Below are positions 28,656 to 42,640 of a DNA stretch of 64,000 nucleotides, piece by piece. Location: NCBI GenBank assembly GCA_963745075.1, contig CAVUWV010000013.1, positions 96,001 through 160,000 on the forward strand, written 5' to 3'. Every line of letters begins with the position of its first letter. The first letter of the stretch is position 1. Under the pieces are notes generated by a model. It searched no databases, was not told where the DNA came from, and was given only the letters and a program-made list of their open reading frames with translations. This DNA is from Candidatus Hydrogenedentota bacterium. Lineage in GTDB: Bacteria; Hydrogenedentota; Hydrogenedentia; Hydrogenedentales; SLHB01. The position numbers were made by a program, and so were the translations under genes.

Positions 28656-29528
28656 ATGAGCGGAAGATTCTTAGTCGGTCAATCGTGTTTGGTTGTTGCT
28701 ATCTCGTTTATTGCGAGTAGTTTGATACCCATTCCTGCGTTTGGCGATGACGGTGCGATAGACCTTATTGGCCGCGGCAAAACGTTCACCGTGGTCGAAC
28801 GCGATGGCGACGTTCGCGAGGTTCCCGAAGCGTCCCTGACGGTACAGGACGGCACCCACCGGAGCTACGTTGACCTCGACAAGGTTCCCACTGCTGAAGA
28901 TGAAGGCGGTGAAACTGCCGAGGCCGCCGAAGGTGCGACGCAGGCCGAAGAGCCCGCAGGTGAGGAAGGCAAGGTGGCTCCGGACGGGACGGAACCCGCC
29001 GGCGAGCCCGCAGCCAAGCCTGCCGAAGAACCCAAACAGGAAACGCCCGAAGAAAAAGCTGCGCGCGAAAAGGATGTTCGTGCTTTGCGCGCCATGATTG
29101 AACAGGGCGGAGCCTACTTCTACGACGAGAACAACAAGCCGCTTTCCTACCAGCAAGTCAGCGCCATGGTTCGGGAAGGAAACGTGGAGGACATCCACGC
29201 CGAAGGTTTGCATCTGTCCAGTTGGTCGTCGTCTCTCGGCAAACTGGAGAAAGATGGCAAGAAGACGTCCGCGTCTTCGTCCAAGTCCGCTGCCTCCGAG
29301 ACCCCGAAACGATCGGTTCATGAAAACGTTGCTGAGGGCGAGCCGTTCAGGAAATCCGTTCAAGACAACAAACCCTTCGACGTGAAACAGTACAATTCCG
29401 GCACCCCGGAAGACGGGCAAATCTCTCCGCTCGCAGTGCCGGAAGATCGCCGGCCGTTCCGCGAGGTCCTCAAAGAGGACAAGCGCGAACCCTTCAATCC
29501 TAAAGACGACTACACGAAGAACTACTGA
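28656..29528 (+). CDS. Hypothetical exported protein with an acidic/Pro-rich linker
   Basis: GGAGAGG RBS, signal peptide, upstream TG-G-TATAAT near 28602-28610. Confidence 0.75.
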   Translation: MSGRFLVGQSCLVVAISFIASSLIPIPAFGDDGAIDLIGRGKTFTVVERDGDVREVPEASLTVQDGTHRSYVDLDKVPTAEDEGGETAEAAEGATQAEEPAGEEGKVAPDGTEPAGEPAAKPAEEPKQETPEEKAAREKDVRALRAMIEQGGAYFYDENNKPLSYQQVSAMVREGNVEDIHAEGLHLSSWSSSLGKLEKDGKKTSASSSKSAASETPKRSVHENVAEGEPFRKSVQDNKPFDVKQYNSGTPEDGQISPLAVPEDRRPFREVLKEDKREPFNPKDDYTKNY

Positions 29529-29683
29529 TTCCCTCGTCGCGGACCGTCGGACCAAGTTCTCATATTTCCGCGTCTGGTGAGTACCGTTTCTGTCATGATC
29601 GTTCCGCAGTTTGAAGCGGGTGCGTAACTGCGCTTATACTCGTTCCAATTGTTTCTTCCCCCCCTCAAATCAAAGGAAAAGGC

Positions 29684-30580
29684 ATGCGGAAGCGTTTGTT
29701 GGTCACCGGCGGGAGCGGTTTTGTCGCCGGCAGCGTCATCGTCGCGGCGGCCCGCGAATGGGAAGTGCACCCGATTTCGCGCTCGGAAGGCCCGGGCAAT
29801 CTCGACCATGTCGTGTGGCACCAGTGCATAGACATGGACGAAGACGGGTTGCACCACCTCTTTCATGAAAATGAGCCTGCCGCCGTCATCCACACCGCCG
29901 CGCTGGCGGACATCGATTTCTGCGAGGCGAATCAGGATCTCGCCAAACACGTGAACACGGAACTTTCCCGGAGTGTAGCCGAACTCTGCGAAGACCACGG
30001 CATCCGTTTAGTCCACGTATCCACGGACACGGTGTTCGACGGCAAACGGGGGCTCTACACCGAAGAAGACCCGCCCAACCCGATTAACTTCTACGGCCAG
30101 ACCAAAGCCATGGCCGAAAAGGCCGTGGCGGAAGTGGGAGGGAAGTACGCGATCGCCCGCGTTTCCCTGGTCATGGGGTTGCCCGTCATCGGCGCCGGGA
30201 ATTCGTTTTTGTCACGGATGATGTCCGCCCTGGACGAGCGGAAGGATGTTACCGCGCCGAGCAACGAGATTCGCTCTCCGGTCGACGTGATCACGCTCGG
30301 TCGCGCCTTGGTCGAATTGGCGGGGAACGACGTGCGTGGATTCATTCACTTGAGCGGCAACGACTTGCTGAACCGCTATGACATGATGCAACGCATCGCG
30401 ACCCGCCTGGGACACTCCCCCGACCGGATTATCGCGAAGGACCCGAGCGGCATTCCGGGGCGCGCGCCCCGGCCCTTGGATGTGTCGCTCGACAATACAA
30501 AAGCCAGGGAAGTGCTGAAGACGCCCATGCTCGGGTTGGACGACGCCCTCGAACTGGTTTTGAACGAAAAGAAGGATTAA
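29684..30580 (+). CDS. RmlD-like NAD(P)-dependent sugar-nucleotide reductase (SDR)
   Basis: LVTGGSGFVA, HTAA, VSTDTVFDG, YTEED.PNP.NFYGQTK. Confidence 0.88.
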   Translation: MRKRLLVTGGSGFVAGSVIVAAAREWEVHPISRSEGPGNLDHVVWHQCIDMDEDGLHHLFHENEPAAVIHTAALADIDFCEANQDLAKHVNTELSRSVAELCEDHGIRLVHVSTDTVFDGKRGLYTEEDPPNPINFYGQTKAMAEKAVAEVGGKYAIARVSLVMGLPVIGAGNSFLSRMMSALDERKDVTAPSNEIRSPVDVITLGRALVELAGNDVRGFIHLSGNDLLNRYDMMQRIATRLGHSPDRIIAKDPSGIPGRAPRPLDVSLDNTKAREVLKTPMLGLDDALELVLNEKKD

Positions 30581-30584
30581 CGAC

Positions 30585-31782
30585 ATGGCTCCCGAGATTC
30601 GTTTTGAGTTGGAAAACAAATTCGGTTCGCGCTACGGGGAGGAAGAGGAGCGAGCCATCATCGATGTGCTCCGCAAGAACGCGCCCACGAGCGGCGGCGC
30701 GTGTATTGCGTTCGAAGAAGCCTTCGCCGCCTATTGCGGAACGTCCCACGCGCGCGTCTGTTCCAACGGCACGGCGGCCCTGTTTCTATCCCTGGTCGGC
30801 TTGGGTGTCGGCCCAGGGGACCGCGTGCTCACCACGCCCATGACGTGGATCGCTACCGGCGCGGTCGGCGCCACGCTGGGTGCGGAGGTCGATTTCGTCG
30901 ATATCGATCCCGTGACCTACAATCTCGATGCCAACCAGTTGAAGGACAAGTTGACGCCGAACACGAAGGCGGTCCTCCCCGTACACCTCTACGGCCAGTG
31001 CTGCGACATGGACGCCATTAACGCCTTGGCGACGGAACACGGCTTTGCCGTCGTGGAAGACGCCGCCCACGCCCTCGGGGCCGAGTACAACGGGCAAGAA
31101 GGCCGGCAGCATGGGCGCGACGGGCTGCTTCAGCTTCCACGAACAGAAAAACATGTCCACCCTCGGCGAAGGCGGCATCATCACCACCAACGATCCCGAT
31201 CTCTTCGAGCGCATCGCCCTGTACCGCTCCCACTGCACGCGTGTTTACGGCAAGAGCACGAAGTACTGCCAACTCGACGAAGAGCAATTCCCCATGGGCA
31301 AGCGGTTCTGGTGGCAGGATTTCGAGGATTGCGGCTACAACTTCCGCATGACGGACATCCAGGCCGCGGTCGGCCTCATCCAGTTGCGCAAGCTCGACGA
31401 ACTGAACCAACGCCGGATCGAAGTCGCCGGGTACCTCAACGAAGGACTGCGCGACGTCCCCGGCTTGACGCTGCCGACCGTCCTCGAAGGACGCAAGCAC
31501 GTCTTCCACCTGTATCCCCTGCAGATCGATCCCAAGGTCTACGGCCTGACCAAGGAAGACTTCGTCTACCGCATGCTCCACGAACGCGGCATCAAAGTCG
31601 GCACCCACTACATCCCGCTCCACTGGAGCACCGCCTTCCAGAAGCGCGGCTTCAAACGCGGCCAGTTCCCCGTCGCCGAAGACGTCTTCGAACGCCTCGT
31701 CACCCTGCCCAGCCACCCCCGCCTCACGAATGAAGGGCTGGACTACATGATCGACAGCATCAAGGCGCTAGCGGCGAAGTAG
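30585..31782 (+). CDS. DegT/DnrJ/EryC1/StrS PLP aminotransferase (frameshift near 31093)
   Basis: SNGTAAL, PVHLYGQ, EDAAHALGA, then FSFHEQKNMSTLGEGG, GYNFRMTDIQAA. Confidence 0.93.
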
Positions 31783-31897
31783 ATATTGGCTCGAGTCTTC
31801 GGACAAAGCGACCGACTACGAAGGACAACAAGGACATCAATGGCTCCAGTGACTTTTCTTTCGCGGACGGCGCGAGGGCCAACTCACTCCAGCCTTT

Positions 31898-33079
31898 CTA
31901 CTCTCCCCCGCGAATCCACTCCTCATTGAACCACACGTGCTTGATTGTCGACCCCGGCACGTCTTTGCGCGTGTAGGAATACGTGCAATGAAGCATCCCG
32001 TCTTTCGCCTGAATCAGCGACGGATAGGAGCCCGATCCCTGTTCCGGCTCGAAGGTTTCAATGCCACGGTGGATGGGCCAGGTGGCTCCTTCGTCTTCCG
32101 ACAGGTAGGCCGTGAGCAGGTGACGGCCATTGGTCGTGTCGTTGCACACGAGCACCCAATTGCCGTTCTGTAGCGCGACGGCGTCCACACTCGACCCGGG
32201 GTTGGGGATGGTCAGGTGCGTCACGGGACCCCACGTCACTCCCTTGTCCTTCGACGTTGCCGTGCGAATCTTGTTGGGGACGCCATTGTCCCGCATAAAA
32301 GCTACGATGTCGCCATTCCTCTTCGGCACGAAGGCAGGCTGAATGTTGCCGAGTTCATAGGTGATGATGGGCTCACTAAAAGTCCAGGTCTTTCCCCAGT
32401 CCTCGGTGAACGCCGCCAGCGAGCAGTTCCACACATCCGAATACAAGCCCAACATCATCCGGTGGTCCGAACGTCATGATGGGATGAATCCGGGTCATCC
32501 ATCCCAGTCGGCGCGCGAGTTTGTTCTCCACGCGTGTCTTCGATTCTGCGATTTCAGACTGCAACCGCTCGTTTTGCGCAAGGTAATCCGCGTATTTCTT
32601 CTCGGCCTCCGCAACCACTTCGAGAAATTTCGGTTCCAGATTCGTGGGCCGGCAATGGATGACATCCTGCCAGTCCCACTGCGGCGGACCGTCGGCCTCG
32701 TAGTGGGTCGCCGTCCGATACTTCAATAACGACCCGCCCCACTGGTTGTCCTGAACGGTGATCCAAAACAACCACAAGGTCCCGCGTGGGTCGATGAAAA
32801 GGACCGGATTACAGTCCGGAAGGTCCGGCGTGTCGGCCATCACAAAGGGCTCGCTCCACGACTCTTCGCCCTTACGCTTGCGCGCCCCCTGGACCATGAC
32901 ATCGTCGGCGTTCCGCTCGCCCGACCCGTGGAACCAGCACGCCAGCAAATCGCCATCCGGTGTTTCGATGATGCTTGAGCCGTGGTTATGTTGCGGGTTC
33001 GGCGGGAAGATCGAGTTCCTCGGAGAACTGCGGTTGCGCCAGGGTGACCGAGATGAATGGTGAGTGCAAGTAGCGACAT
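31898..33079 (-). CDS. Exo-alpha-sialidase/BNR repeat-like protein (frameshifts near 33057, 33012 and 32470)
   Basis: HGSSIIETPDGDLLACWFHGSGE, NPVLF, Asp-boxes TEDWGKTW, SKDKGVTW, SEDEGATW, SYPSLIQ; the reading is continuous after removing three single bases. Confidence 0.85.
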
Positions 33080-33158
33080 GGGGTTTGATTCCTTTCTTAG
33101 AACCAAGATCAAGTCCTCGGTTTTTCCGTAGATAGTCGTGAATACCTCGCACGCAACT

Positions 33159-36429
<3,271 letters not shown>

Positions 36430-36770
36430 AGAATGAGACTCCCTTGGTCCAAACGCTGATTGCCCGCACCGAACCCGCCAAGCCGGAGACGGCCGCGTTC
36501 ACGCCCTTTCGCCCGATCGAAGGTGCGTCGGATTCCGATTCCGCGCGGGGCAAGCATTTTGGAGCATTGGTCATTAGCCTAAAGTTATATAGGAGGCGCC
36601 GATACCCGAGCAACCGCAGGTTCAGTGTGGTGCAGTGAATGCGTGAAGTTTCTAAGTCCCGGTCCTAATTCGACTTTCCCTTTCATCATCCAGTATTATC
36701 CTTTCCCCGATTTTGGCGGGTTGGCCGATCGGAGCGTTGTCGACGGCGCGCGCCGTCAGGAGGTACCCAA

Positions 36771-37376
36771 ATGTCGTCAACACGACGTGCTCTCATCAGT
36801 TGTCATGACAAGTCCGGCGTGGTGGAACTGGCTCAGTTGCTACGCGAATTCGGCGTGGAAATCGTCAGTACGGCCGGCACCTTGAATGTGTTGCAGGAAG
36901 CCGGGATCGACGCGGTGAGCATCGGGGACTACACCGGTGTCGCGGAGATGATGGATGGTCGAGTCAAGTCGTTGCACTCGAAGGTGCACGCGGGCTTGCT
37001 CGGGATCCGCGATAAAAAGCTCCACGTGGAACAACTCACGGCTGCGGGCTATCACTGGATCGACTTCTGTATCGTCAACCTTCATCCCGTTGAATCCGTC
37101 ATTCGACAGCAGGGCGTGACGATGGAAGAGGTCGTCGATCAAATCGATATCGGCGGAACCGCGATGATCCGGTCGGCCGCGAAGAATTTCCGATACGTCA
37201 CCGTGGTCGTGAATCCGGAGCGGTACACGGCGGTCATGCACGAGTTGCGCGCCCATGACGGCGAAGTGACGTACAAAATGCGGTTTCGGCTGGCCGAGGA
37301 AGCTTTTGCGCAAACCGCGCAATACGACCAGGTGATTGCAAACTATTTGCTGAGCTGCGACATGGGGGAGGAGTAG
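36771..37376 (+). CDS. IMP cyclohydrolase (stand-alone PurH N-terminal/MGS-like domain)
   Basis: RALISCHDKSG, STAGT, EMMDGRVKSLH, IDIGG.AMIRSAAKN, TAQYD; ends at 201 aa just before purD. Confidence 0.88.
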   Translation: MSSTRRALISCHDKSGVVELAQLLREFGVEIVSTAGTLNVLQEAGIDAVSIGDYTGVAEMMDGRVKSLHSKVHAGLLGIRDKKLHVEQLTAAGYHWIDFCIVNLHPVESVIRQQGVTMEEVVDQIDIGGTAMIRSAAKNFRYVTVVVNPERYTAVMHELRAHDGEVTYKMRFRLAEEAFAQTAQYDQVIANYLLSCDMGEE

Positions 37377-37379
37377 ACC

Positions 37380-38651
37380 GTGAAGGTTCTCGTCATCGGT
37401 GGCGGGGGAAGAGAACACGCCTTGGTCTGGAAGATCGCCCAGAGCGATCGGGTCGATAAAATCTATTGTGCGCCCGGCAACCCGGGGATCGCATCGCTGG
37501 CGGAATGCGTTTCGATTAGCGCCGATGATGTCGATGCGCTGGTCGAATTCGCCAAAACGAACGCAATCGATCTCACCGTCGTCGGCCCGGAAGATCCGTT
37601 GTCCAAAGGCATCGTCGACAAGCTCGCGGCGGCGGAATTGAAAGCGTTCGGACCCAGCGGTGCCGCGGCCGAACTCGAAGCGAGCAAGGCCTTCGCCAAA
37701 GCCCTTATGCGGAAATACAACATCCCCACCTCAGAATATGCCGAGTTCACCGATGCATCGGAAGCAACCGCCTACGTCGAGCGAACGGGCGCGCCCATTG
37801 TCATCAAGGCGGACGGACTCGCCGCGGGCAAGGGTGTTACGGTCGCGCACACCGTGGAAGAGGCAGTTGCCGCGGTACAGAGCATGATGACCGAGAAGGT
37901 TTTCGGGGAAGCCGGCAACAAGGTCGTTGTCGAAGAATGTCTGTTCGGTCAGGAAGCATCGATACTTGCGTTCAGCGATGGAAAGAACGTGCTCTCCATG
38001 GCGCCAAGCCAGGACCACAAGCCGGTCTTTGACGGGGATGCCGGACCAAACACGGGGGGGATGGGTGCGTATTCACCGGCGCCAATTGTGTCCGACGCCA
38101 TGTTGGATGACGTCCATCGCACCATACTGGTCCCCTGCGTGGAAGGAATGGCGAAGGAGGGGAGGCCTTACAGAGGCGTCCTGTACGCGGGACTAATGAT
38201 TACCGATTGCGGCCCGAAGGTGATCGAATTCAATTGCCGTTTTGGAGATCCCGAAACGCAGGTTGTGCTGCCGCGGATGAAGTCGGATATCGTCCCGGCC
38301 ATGCTTGCATGTTGCGATGGTACGCTGCGGGACGTGTCACTCGAGTGGGAGCCTGGAGCGTGCGTGACGGTCGTCATGGCGTCCGGCGGATACCCGGGCT
38401 CGTATAAGAAAGGCGTCGCGATCACCGGAATCGACACGGCGGAGCAAGAAACCGGTGTCACCGTTTTTCACGCGGGGACGAAACACGACGATGGCACGTT
38501 GGTCACCAATGGCGGGCGGGTGCTGAACGTGACGGCCGTAGACGGGGATGTTCCATCGGCGATTGCGAAGGCCTATGAAGGGGTCAAGCGGATCCACTTC
38601 GATGGCGCCCAGTATCGGACCGATATCGGCAAGAAAGCCCTGACAGCGTAG
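37380..38651 (+). CDS. purD: Phosphoribosylamine-glycine ligase
   Basis: GGGGREHAL, VVGPE, KADGLAAGKGV, QDHK, GPNTGGMGAYSP, EFNCRFGDPE. Confidence 0.98.
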   Translation: MKVLVIGGGGREHALVWKIAQSDRVDKIYCAPGNPGIASLAECVSISADDVDALVEFAKTNAIDLTVVGPEDPLSKGIVDKLAAAELKAFGPSGAAAELEASKAFAKALMRKYNIPTSEYAEFTDASEATAYVERTGAPIVIKADGLAAGKGVTVAHTVEEAVAAVQSMMTEKVFGEAGNKVVVEECLFGQEASILAFSDGKNVLSMAPSQDHKPVFDGDAGPNTGGMGAYSPAPIVSDAMLDDVHRTILVPCVEGMAKEGRPYRGVLYAGLMITDCGPKVIEFNCRFGDPETQVVLPRMKSDIVPAMLACCDGTLRDVSLEWEPGACVTVVMASGGYPGSYKKGVAITGIDTAEQETGVTVFHAGTKHDDGTLVTNGGRVLNVTAVDGDVPSAIAKAYEGVKRIHFDGAQYRTDIGKKALTA

Positions 38652-38656
38652 CGGCG

Positions 38657-39589
38657 CTATTGGTCGGAGAGATTCAGCGCGACCAGACGTTCATCATCGG
38701 GGGGCAGGCTCTTCGCCTTGAGCAGTCCACGCATGGCTTCACCCAGAACGAAGTCCGCACCACGGGCGCTGCCATTCCGGCACGACACGATCCCGACGCT
38801 CAGTTTGACCTCCGTGGGAAAACTCGGGTCTGAGAACGTCGTTCCATCCACTTCGCCCAGGATCTTCGTCGCATACAAGATGGCCTGTTCGAGCGGCGTG
38901 TGGGGCAGAATAGCCGCGAACACCGTTCCGTCATAGCGCGCCAGCACGTCGTAGGTGCGGGAATAGTTGCGCAGCGCCATACCGAGTTCCGCCAGAAGAT
39001 CATCCAGCGAGACTGGGCCCAGTTCCGCGTCGATGCCGCGGATATCGTCCACATCAAACACGACGCACGACACCGGGTAATCGTAACGGTGCGCCTCTTC
39101 GACCTCTTCCTGCAACCGTTCCAGGAGATACCGCCGATTGCGCAACCCCGTGAGATGATCGGTGTAGGCGGAATCGACGATGATGTCGTCTTCCCCGGGC
39201 AAACGGTCGCGCGTCGATTTGGAACGCATGGCGGCGTCTACCCGCACCATAACCATGGGCAAATTGTAAGGTTTCGTGATGTAGTCGGCTGCGCCCAATT
39301 CGTACCCCTTGAGGATATCTTCTTTCGAGCCTTTGACGCTGACGAAGATGACGATAATCTCATTGGATTTCGGGGACTCTTTCAGGCGTTTGCACACTTC
39401 ATAGCCGTCGATGTCCGGGAAACACACGTCGAGAAGGACGAGATCCACGCCCCCTTTCAGACACGCTTCCAAGGCCTCGGCGCCGGTATGAACGGCAAAC
39501 GCTGAGTAGCCGTTCATTTCCAATCCTTGACTTAAGACGGACGCACCTTCTTCGTTGTCGTCCGCAACGCATACGCGGTACTGTTGCAC
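38657..39589 (-). CDS. Response regulator with a degenerate GGDEF domain
   Basis: REC domain (ADDN, LLDV, ADYITKP); TDHLTGLRNRR; the active-site position reads RYDGTVF. GTG start at 39589 (track start 39643). Confidence 0.88.
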   Translation of the reverse strand: MQQYRVCVADDNEEGASVLSQGLEMNGYSAFAVHTGAEALEACLKGGVDLVLLDVCFPDIDGYEVCKRLKESPKSNEIIVIFVSVKGSKEDILKGYELGAADYITKPYNLPMVMVRVDAAMRSKSTRDRLPGEDDIIVDSAYTDHLTGLRNRRYLLERLQEEVEEAHRYDYPVSCVVFDVDDIRGIDAELGPVSLDDLLAELGMALRNYSRTYDVLARYDGTVFAAILPHTPLEQAILYATKILGEVDGTTFSDPSFPTEVKLSVGIVSCRNGSARGADFVLGEAMRGLLKAKSLPPDDERLVALNLSDQ

Positions 39590-39818
39590 GGTATTCCCCG
39601 CTCCAAATTGGTATAATCTACCCTCTGTATCGAGCCTTCCCACGAGAGTTTACCTGATATAGGGCAGAATTGGCAAATGGCGACCCGCGATCCCGTTGCG
39701 GGTTCCCTTGCGTTTGTCCCTGCAATATCTCTAAGATAGACAATAAGTTGCAACATGGATCACCCGTCGACAAGGAGCGCTGCCGCGGGAGCGTTTGCTT
39801 TCACAGGGAAGTCTGATT

Positions 39819-40259
39819 ATGAGCCAACCATTTGGTGTCCGACGGCATCGCCGACGACCGCACATCAACCTCACGTCGTTGATTGACGTGATGTTCCTGC
39901 TGCTGATCTTTTTCATGGTTTCTTCTACCTTCCGGCACGGGTTCGGGCTGGAGGTCGATTTGCCCCAAGCCGAAACGGCGTCGGAATCGCAGATGAAACC
40001 GGAAGAGATTGCGATCGACGAGCGCGGAAACTATTACTTCGCAGGGAAGCCCGTCGATGAAGACGGACTGCGTGCAGCGATCATTGACTTGCTTCAGAAG
40101 GATCCCCAGGCGACGCTGATCCTTCGCGCCGATGAAGCGGCGGACTTCGGTCGTGCCGTTACGGCAATCGATATCGCGCGGTCGGTCGGCGGCTCCAAGC
40201 TCATCATTCCAACCAAGAAACTACCGCCGACCCATCCGGCCCAGATCGAGTCCCGTTAA
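39819..40259 (+). CDS. exbD: Biopolymer transport protein ExbD/TolR
   Basis: INLTSLIDVMFLLLIFFMV, VDLP.A, LILRAD. Confidence 0.9.
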   Translation: MSQPFGVRRHRRRPHINLTSLIDVMFLLLIFFMVSSTFRHGFGLEVDLPQAETASESQMKPEEIAIDERGNYYFAGKPVDEDGLRAAIIDLLQKDPQATLILRADEAADFGRAVTAIDIARSVGGSKLIIPTKKLPPTHPAQIESR

Positions 40260-41005
40260 AGTTCGTTTGCTTCCTGCCCTACCGTGTCAGGTGGAGTTCG
40301 CAAGCGTTCCAATCGGGACCGAACCGAATCCGCATACTCGCCATCGGGGAATCGCTCGATGAACGATTCCAGAACTGCCCTCGCCTTATCCGGATCGTTC
40401 AGTTTTCGCTGGTAGATCTCGAACAGCCGATTAGAAATGCGAAGCGCCTCCGCGGAAGTGCCGGTATTGCGCAACCCTTGCACGAAGAATGGAAGCGCCG
40501 ATTCCACCTCGTCCAGTTTCATGTAATTGTCGGCGGCCCGGAGCGGCGCGTGGGTATCTCGCGGGAACATGCGCGCGATGGTGGCGTACTCCCGCGCGGC
40601 CGCCTCGAAATCGCCCCGCAATTCGCATCCCGCGGCCGCTCCGTATTGGGGGACACTGGGGTCGAAGCGGCCCGCCGGCATGATCAGATCGATCACGAAG
40701 TGGGAACCAAACGACATGAGCAGCGGGCCGTAGAGCGCAAGACCCGAAGCGACCAATCCCAGCGTGCTGAACACGAGTTTGACTGGACTGTTTCCGAGGT
40801 ACATCTTCAGCAGCGTGAATTCGAATATGAAGAAAAATACCAAGGCCGCAATTGTAAACGTCTCGATAGCCCGGTCCAGCTCCACTCGATACACCAAGCG
40901 CTGGCGAAGCAGGAAGATACCCCACGTCAGGTAGGGTATGAGCAGTAGACCTGACAAAACCCACGACAGATTGAAAGTCGTAACGCCGCTATCCGCCATC
41001 GTCAT
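40256..41005 (-). CDS. Membrane protein with C-terminal TPR-like repeats
   Basis: Three hydrophobic helices followed by TPR-like helices ending FIERFPDGEYA. Confidence 0.75.
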   Translation of the reverse strand: MTMADSGVTTFNLSWVLSGLLLIPYLTWGIFLLRQRLVYRVELDRAIETFTIAALVFFFIFEFTLLKMYLGNSPVKLVFSTLGLVASGLALYGPLLMSFGSHFVIDLIMPAGRFDPSVPQYGAAAGCELRGDFEAAAREYATIARMFPRDTHAPLRAADNYMKLDEVESALPFFVQGLRNTGTSAEALRISNRLFEIYQRKLNDPDKARAVLESFIERFPDGEYADSVRSRLERLRTPPDTVGQEANEL

Positions 41006-41152
41006 GCGGTTTTCCCGTTCTCCGAATCAACCGATAACCACCGTATTTATCTTAAACGGTAACCGGTGGGCGAATCCAGTAAATGGCGCTGATGATGCGC
41101 GAATTCCGTGACTTGTCGCACTTTTCCAGGTCGCGTAAACACCCATCGCCAG

Positions 41153-41181
41153 TTGACTTTGGCCAGGCGGGGTCGTATCAT
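41153..41181 (+). promoter_or_regulatory. Putative sigma70 promoter of GH4-purC-purF
   Basis: TTGACT-N17-TATCAT. Confidence 0.6.
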
Positions 41182-41305
41182 GACACAGCCTTGCTTTTCC
41201 GTACGAATCGTAGTCCGCGGTGGGTCGCACGACCCGTAGATATACACTGGATTCTTGTTTCTAAGTCGCTATTTACCAATATGTTGCTGGAGGATAGAGG
41301 TTTTT

Positions 41306-42589
41306 ATGAAGATTGCGGTCATTGGCGGGGGAAGTTCGTATACCCCCGAGTTGGTGGACGGGTTATTCGAGCGCCTCGAGCGTATCCCGGTTTCTGAGGT
41401 CTGGATGATGGACCCGAACCAAGAGCGGCTGGAGGTGACGGCCGGTCTCGCCGAGCGAATGTCCGAGCGGCATGGGCATCCCTTCACCGTTCATCACACC
41501 GGCGATTTGCGCGAGGCCGTGAAAGACGCCAAGTATGTGGTTACGCAGCTTCGGGTCGGCGGAATTCAAGCGCGAATCAACGACGAGAAGCTGGGACTCC
41601 GCCACGACATCATCGGCCAGGAAACGACGGGTGTGGGCGGGTTCTGCTGCGCATTGCGGACGATTCCCCGCATTCTGGACATCGCTCAAGCCATGGAGCA
41701 GTTCGCCCCCGGCGGCTATCTCGTGAATTTCACCAACCCATCCGGCATCGTCACCGAGGCGTTGGTCAAGCACAGCAAAGTTACGAGCTTCGGTCTCTGC
41801 AACATCCCCATCGGGATCATCATGGAAGTGGTGAAACACCACGACTGCAAGATGGAGGACGTGCAGTTGGATTACGTCGGGCTCAATCACCTGGCGTGGG
41901 TGCGCGGCATTACCGTCGGCGGAAAAGACATTACGGAAGCCGCCTTGAAAGGCTTTATCGAACGCGCCCACGAGGAATGGGACGATGAAGCCATTTGCGC
42001 GTGTATGATAGAAGCCATGAACAGTCTCAAGATGTTCTGCAACGGCTATTTGCAGTACTTCTACGCGACGGACGCGGCGCTCGATCGCATCAAGCGCAAA
42101 GGCAAAACCCGAGGCGAGGAAGTCGTCGAGATTGAAGCGAGTCTATTCGAGAAATACCGGCAGAAGGATCTCAGCGAGAAGCCACCTGAACTCTCCAAAC
42201 GAGGCGGGGCCCACTATTCCACCGCGGCTTTCTATCTTATCGACGCCATCGAAAACGACGCCCGGAACCGGCAGATCGTGTGTTGCCGCAACAACGGCGC
42301 CGTGCCCACGTTCGACGACGACTGCGCGGTGGAAGTGCCCTCCATTATTGGCAAGGACGGCGCCCAGGCGATTCCCCAAGCCGCGCCGCACCCCAGCATT
42401 CGTGGTCTTATGCAGAACATCAAGGCCTACGAAACCCAGACGGTGGAGGCCGCCGTCACAGGCGACCGCGAGGCCGCGTACCAGGCCCTGCTCCAGCATC
42501 CCTTGACGCCCAACGCAGTCGGATGCCGCACGTTGCTCGACGACCTTTTGGAAGTGAATCGCGAGCACTTGCAGGGTACATTCTTCTAA
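41306..42589 (+). CDS. 6-phospho-beta-glucosidase (GH4)
   Basis: MKIAVIGGGSSYTPEL, QLRVGG, GQETTGVGG, NFTNPSG, GLCNIP, GLNHL, KRGGAHYS. Confidence 0.93.
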   Translation: MKIAVIGGGSSYTPELVDGLFERLERIPVSEVWMMDPNQERLEVTAGLAERMSERHGHPFTVHHTGDLREAVKDAKYVVTQLRVGGIQARINDEKLGLRHDIIGQETTGVGGFCCALRTIPRILDIAQAMEQFAPGGYLVNFTNPSGIVTEALVKHSKVTSFGLCNIPIGIIMEVVKHHDCKMEDVQLDYVGLNHLAWVRGITVGGKDITEAALKGFIERAHEEWDDEAICACMIEAMNSLKMFCNGYLQYFYATDAALDRIKRKGKTRGEEVVEIEASLFEKYRQKDLSEKPPELSKRGGAHYSTAAFYLIDAIENDARNRQIVCCRNNGAVPTFDDDCAVEVPSIIGKDGAQAIPQAAPHPSIRGLMQNIKAYETQTVEAAVTGDREAAYQALLQHPLTPNAVGCRTLLDDLLEVNREHLQGTFF

Positions 42590-42640
42590 TCGAACCGACC
42601 GACTGAAACTTGCCAGCATGTAGACAAGCGAGGTGCCGAA

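Noticed and set aside
36430..36770. ZTP or purine riboswitch upstream of the purH-like gene
   Set aside because: I could not find the conserved aptamer motifs by eye; an Infernal search would be needed to exclude it fully.
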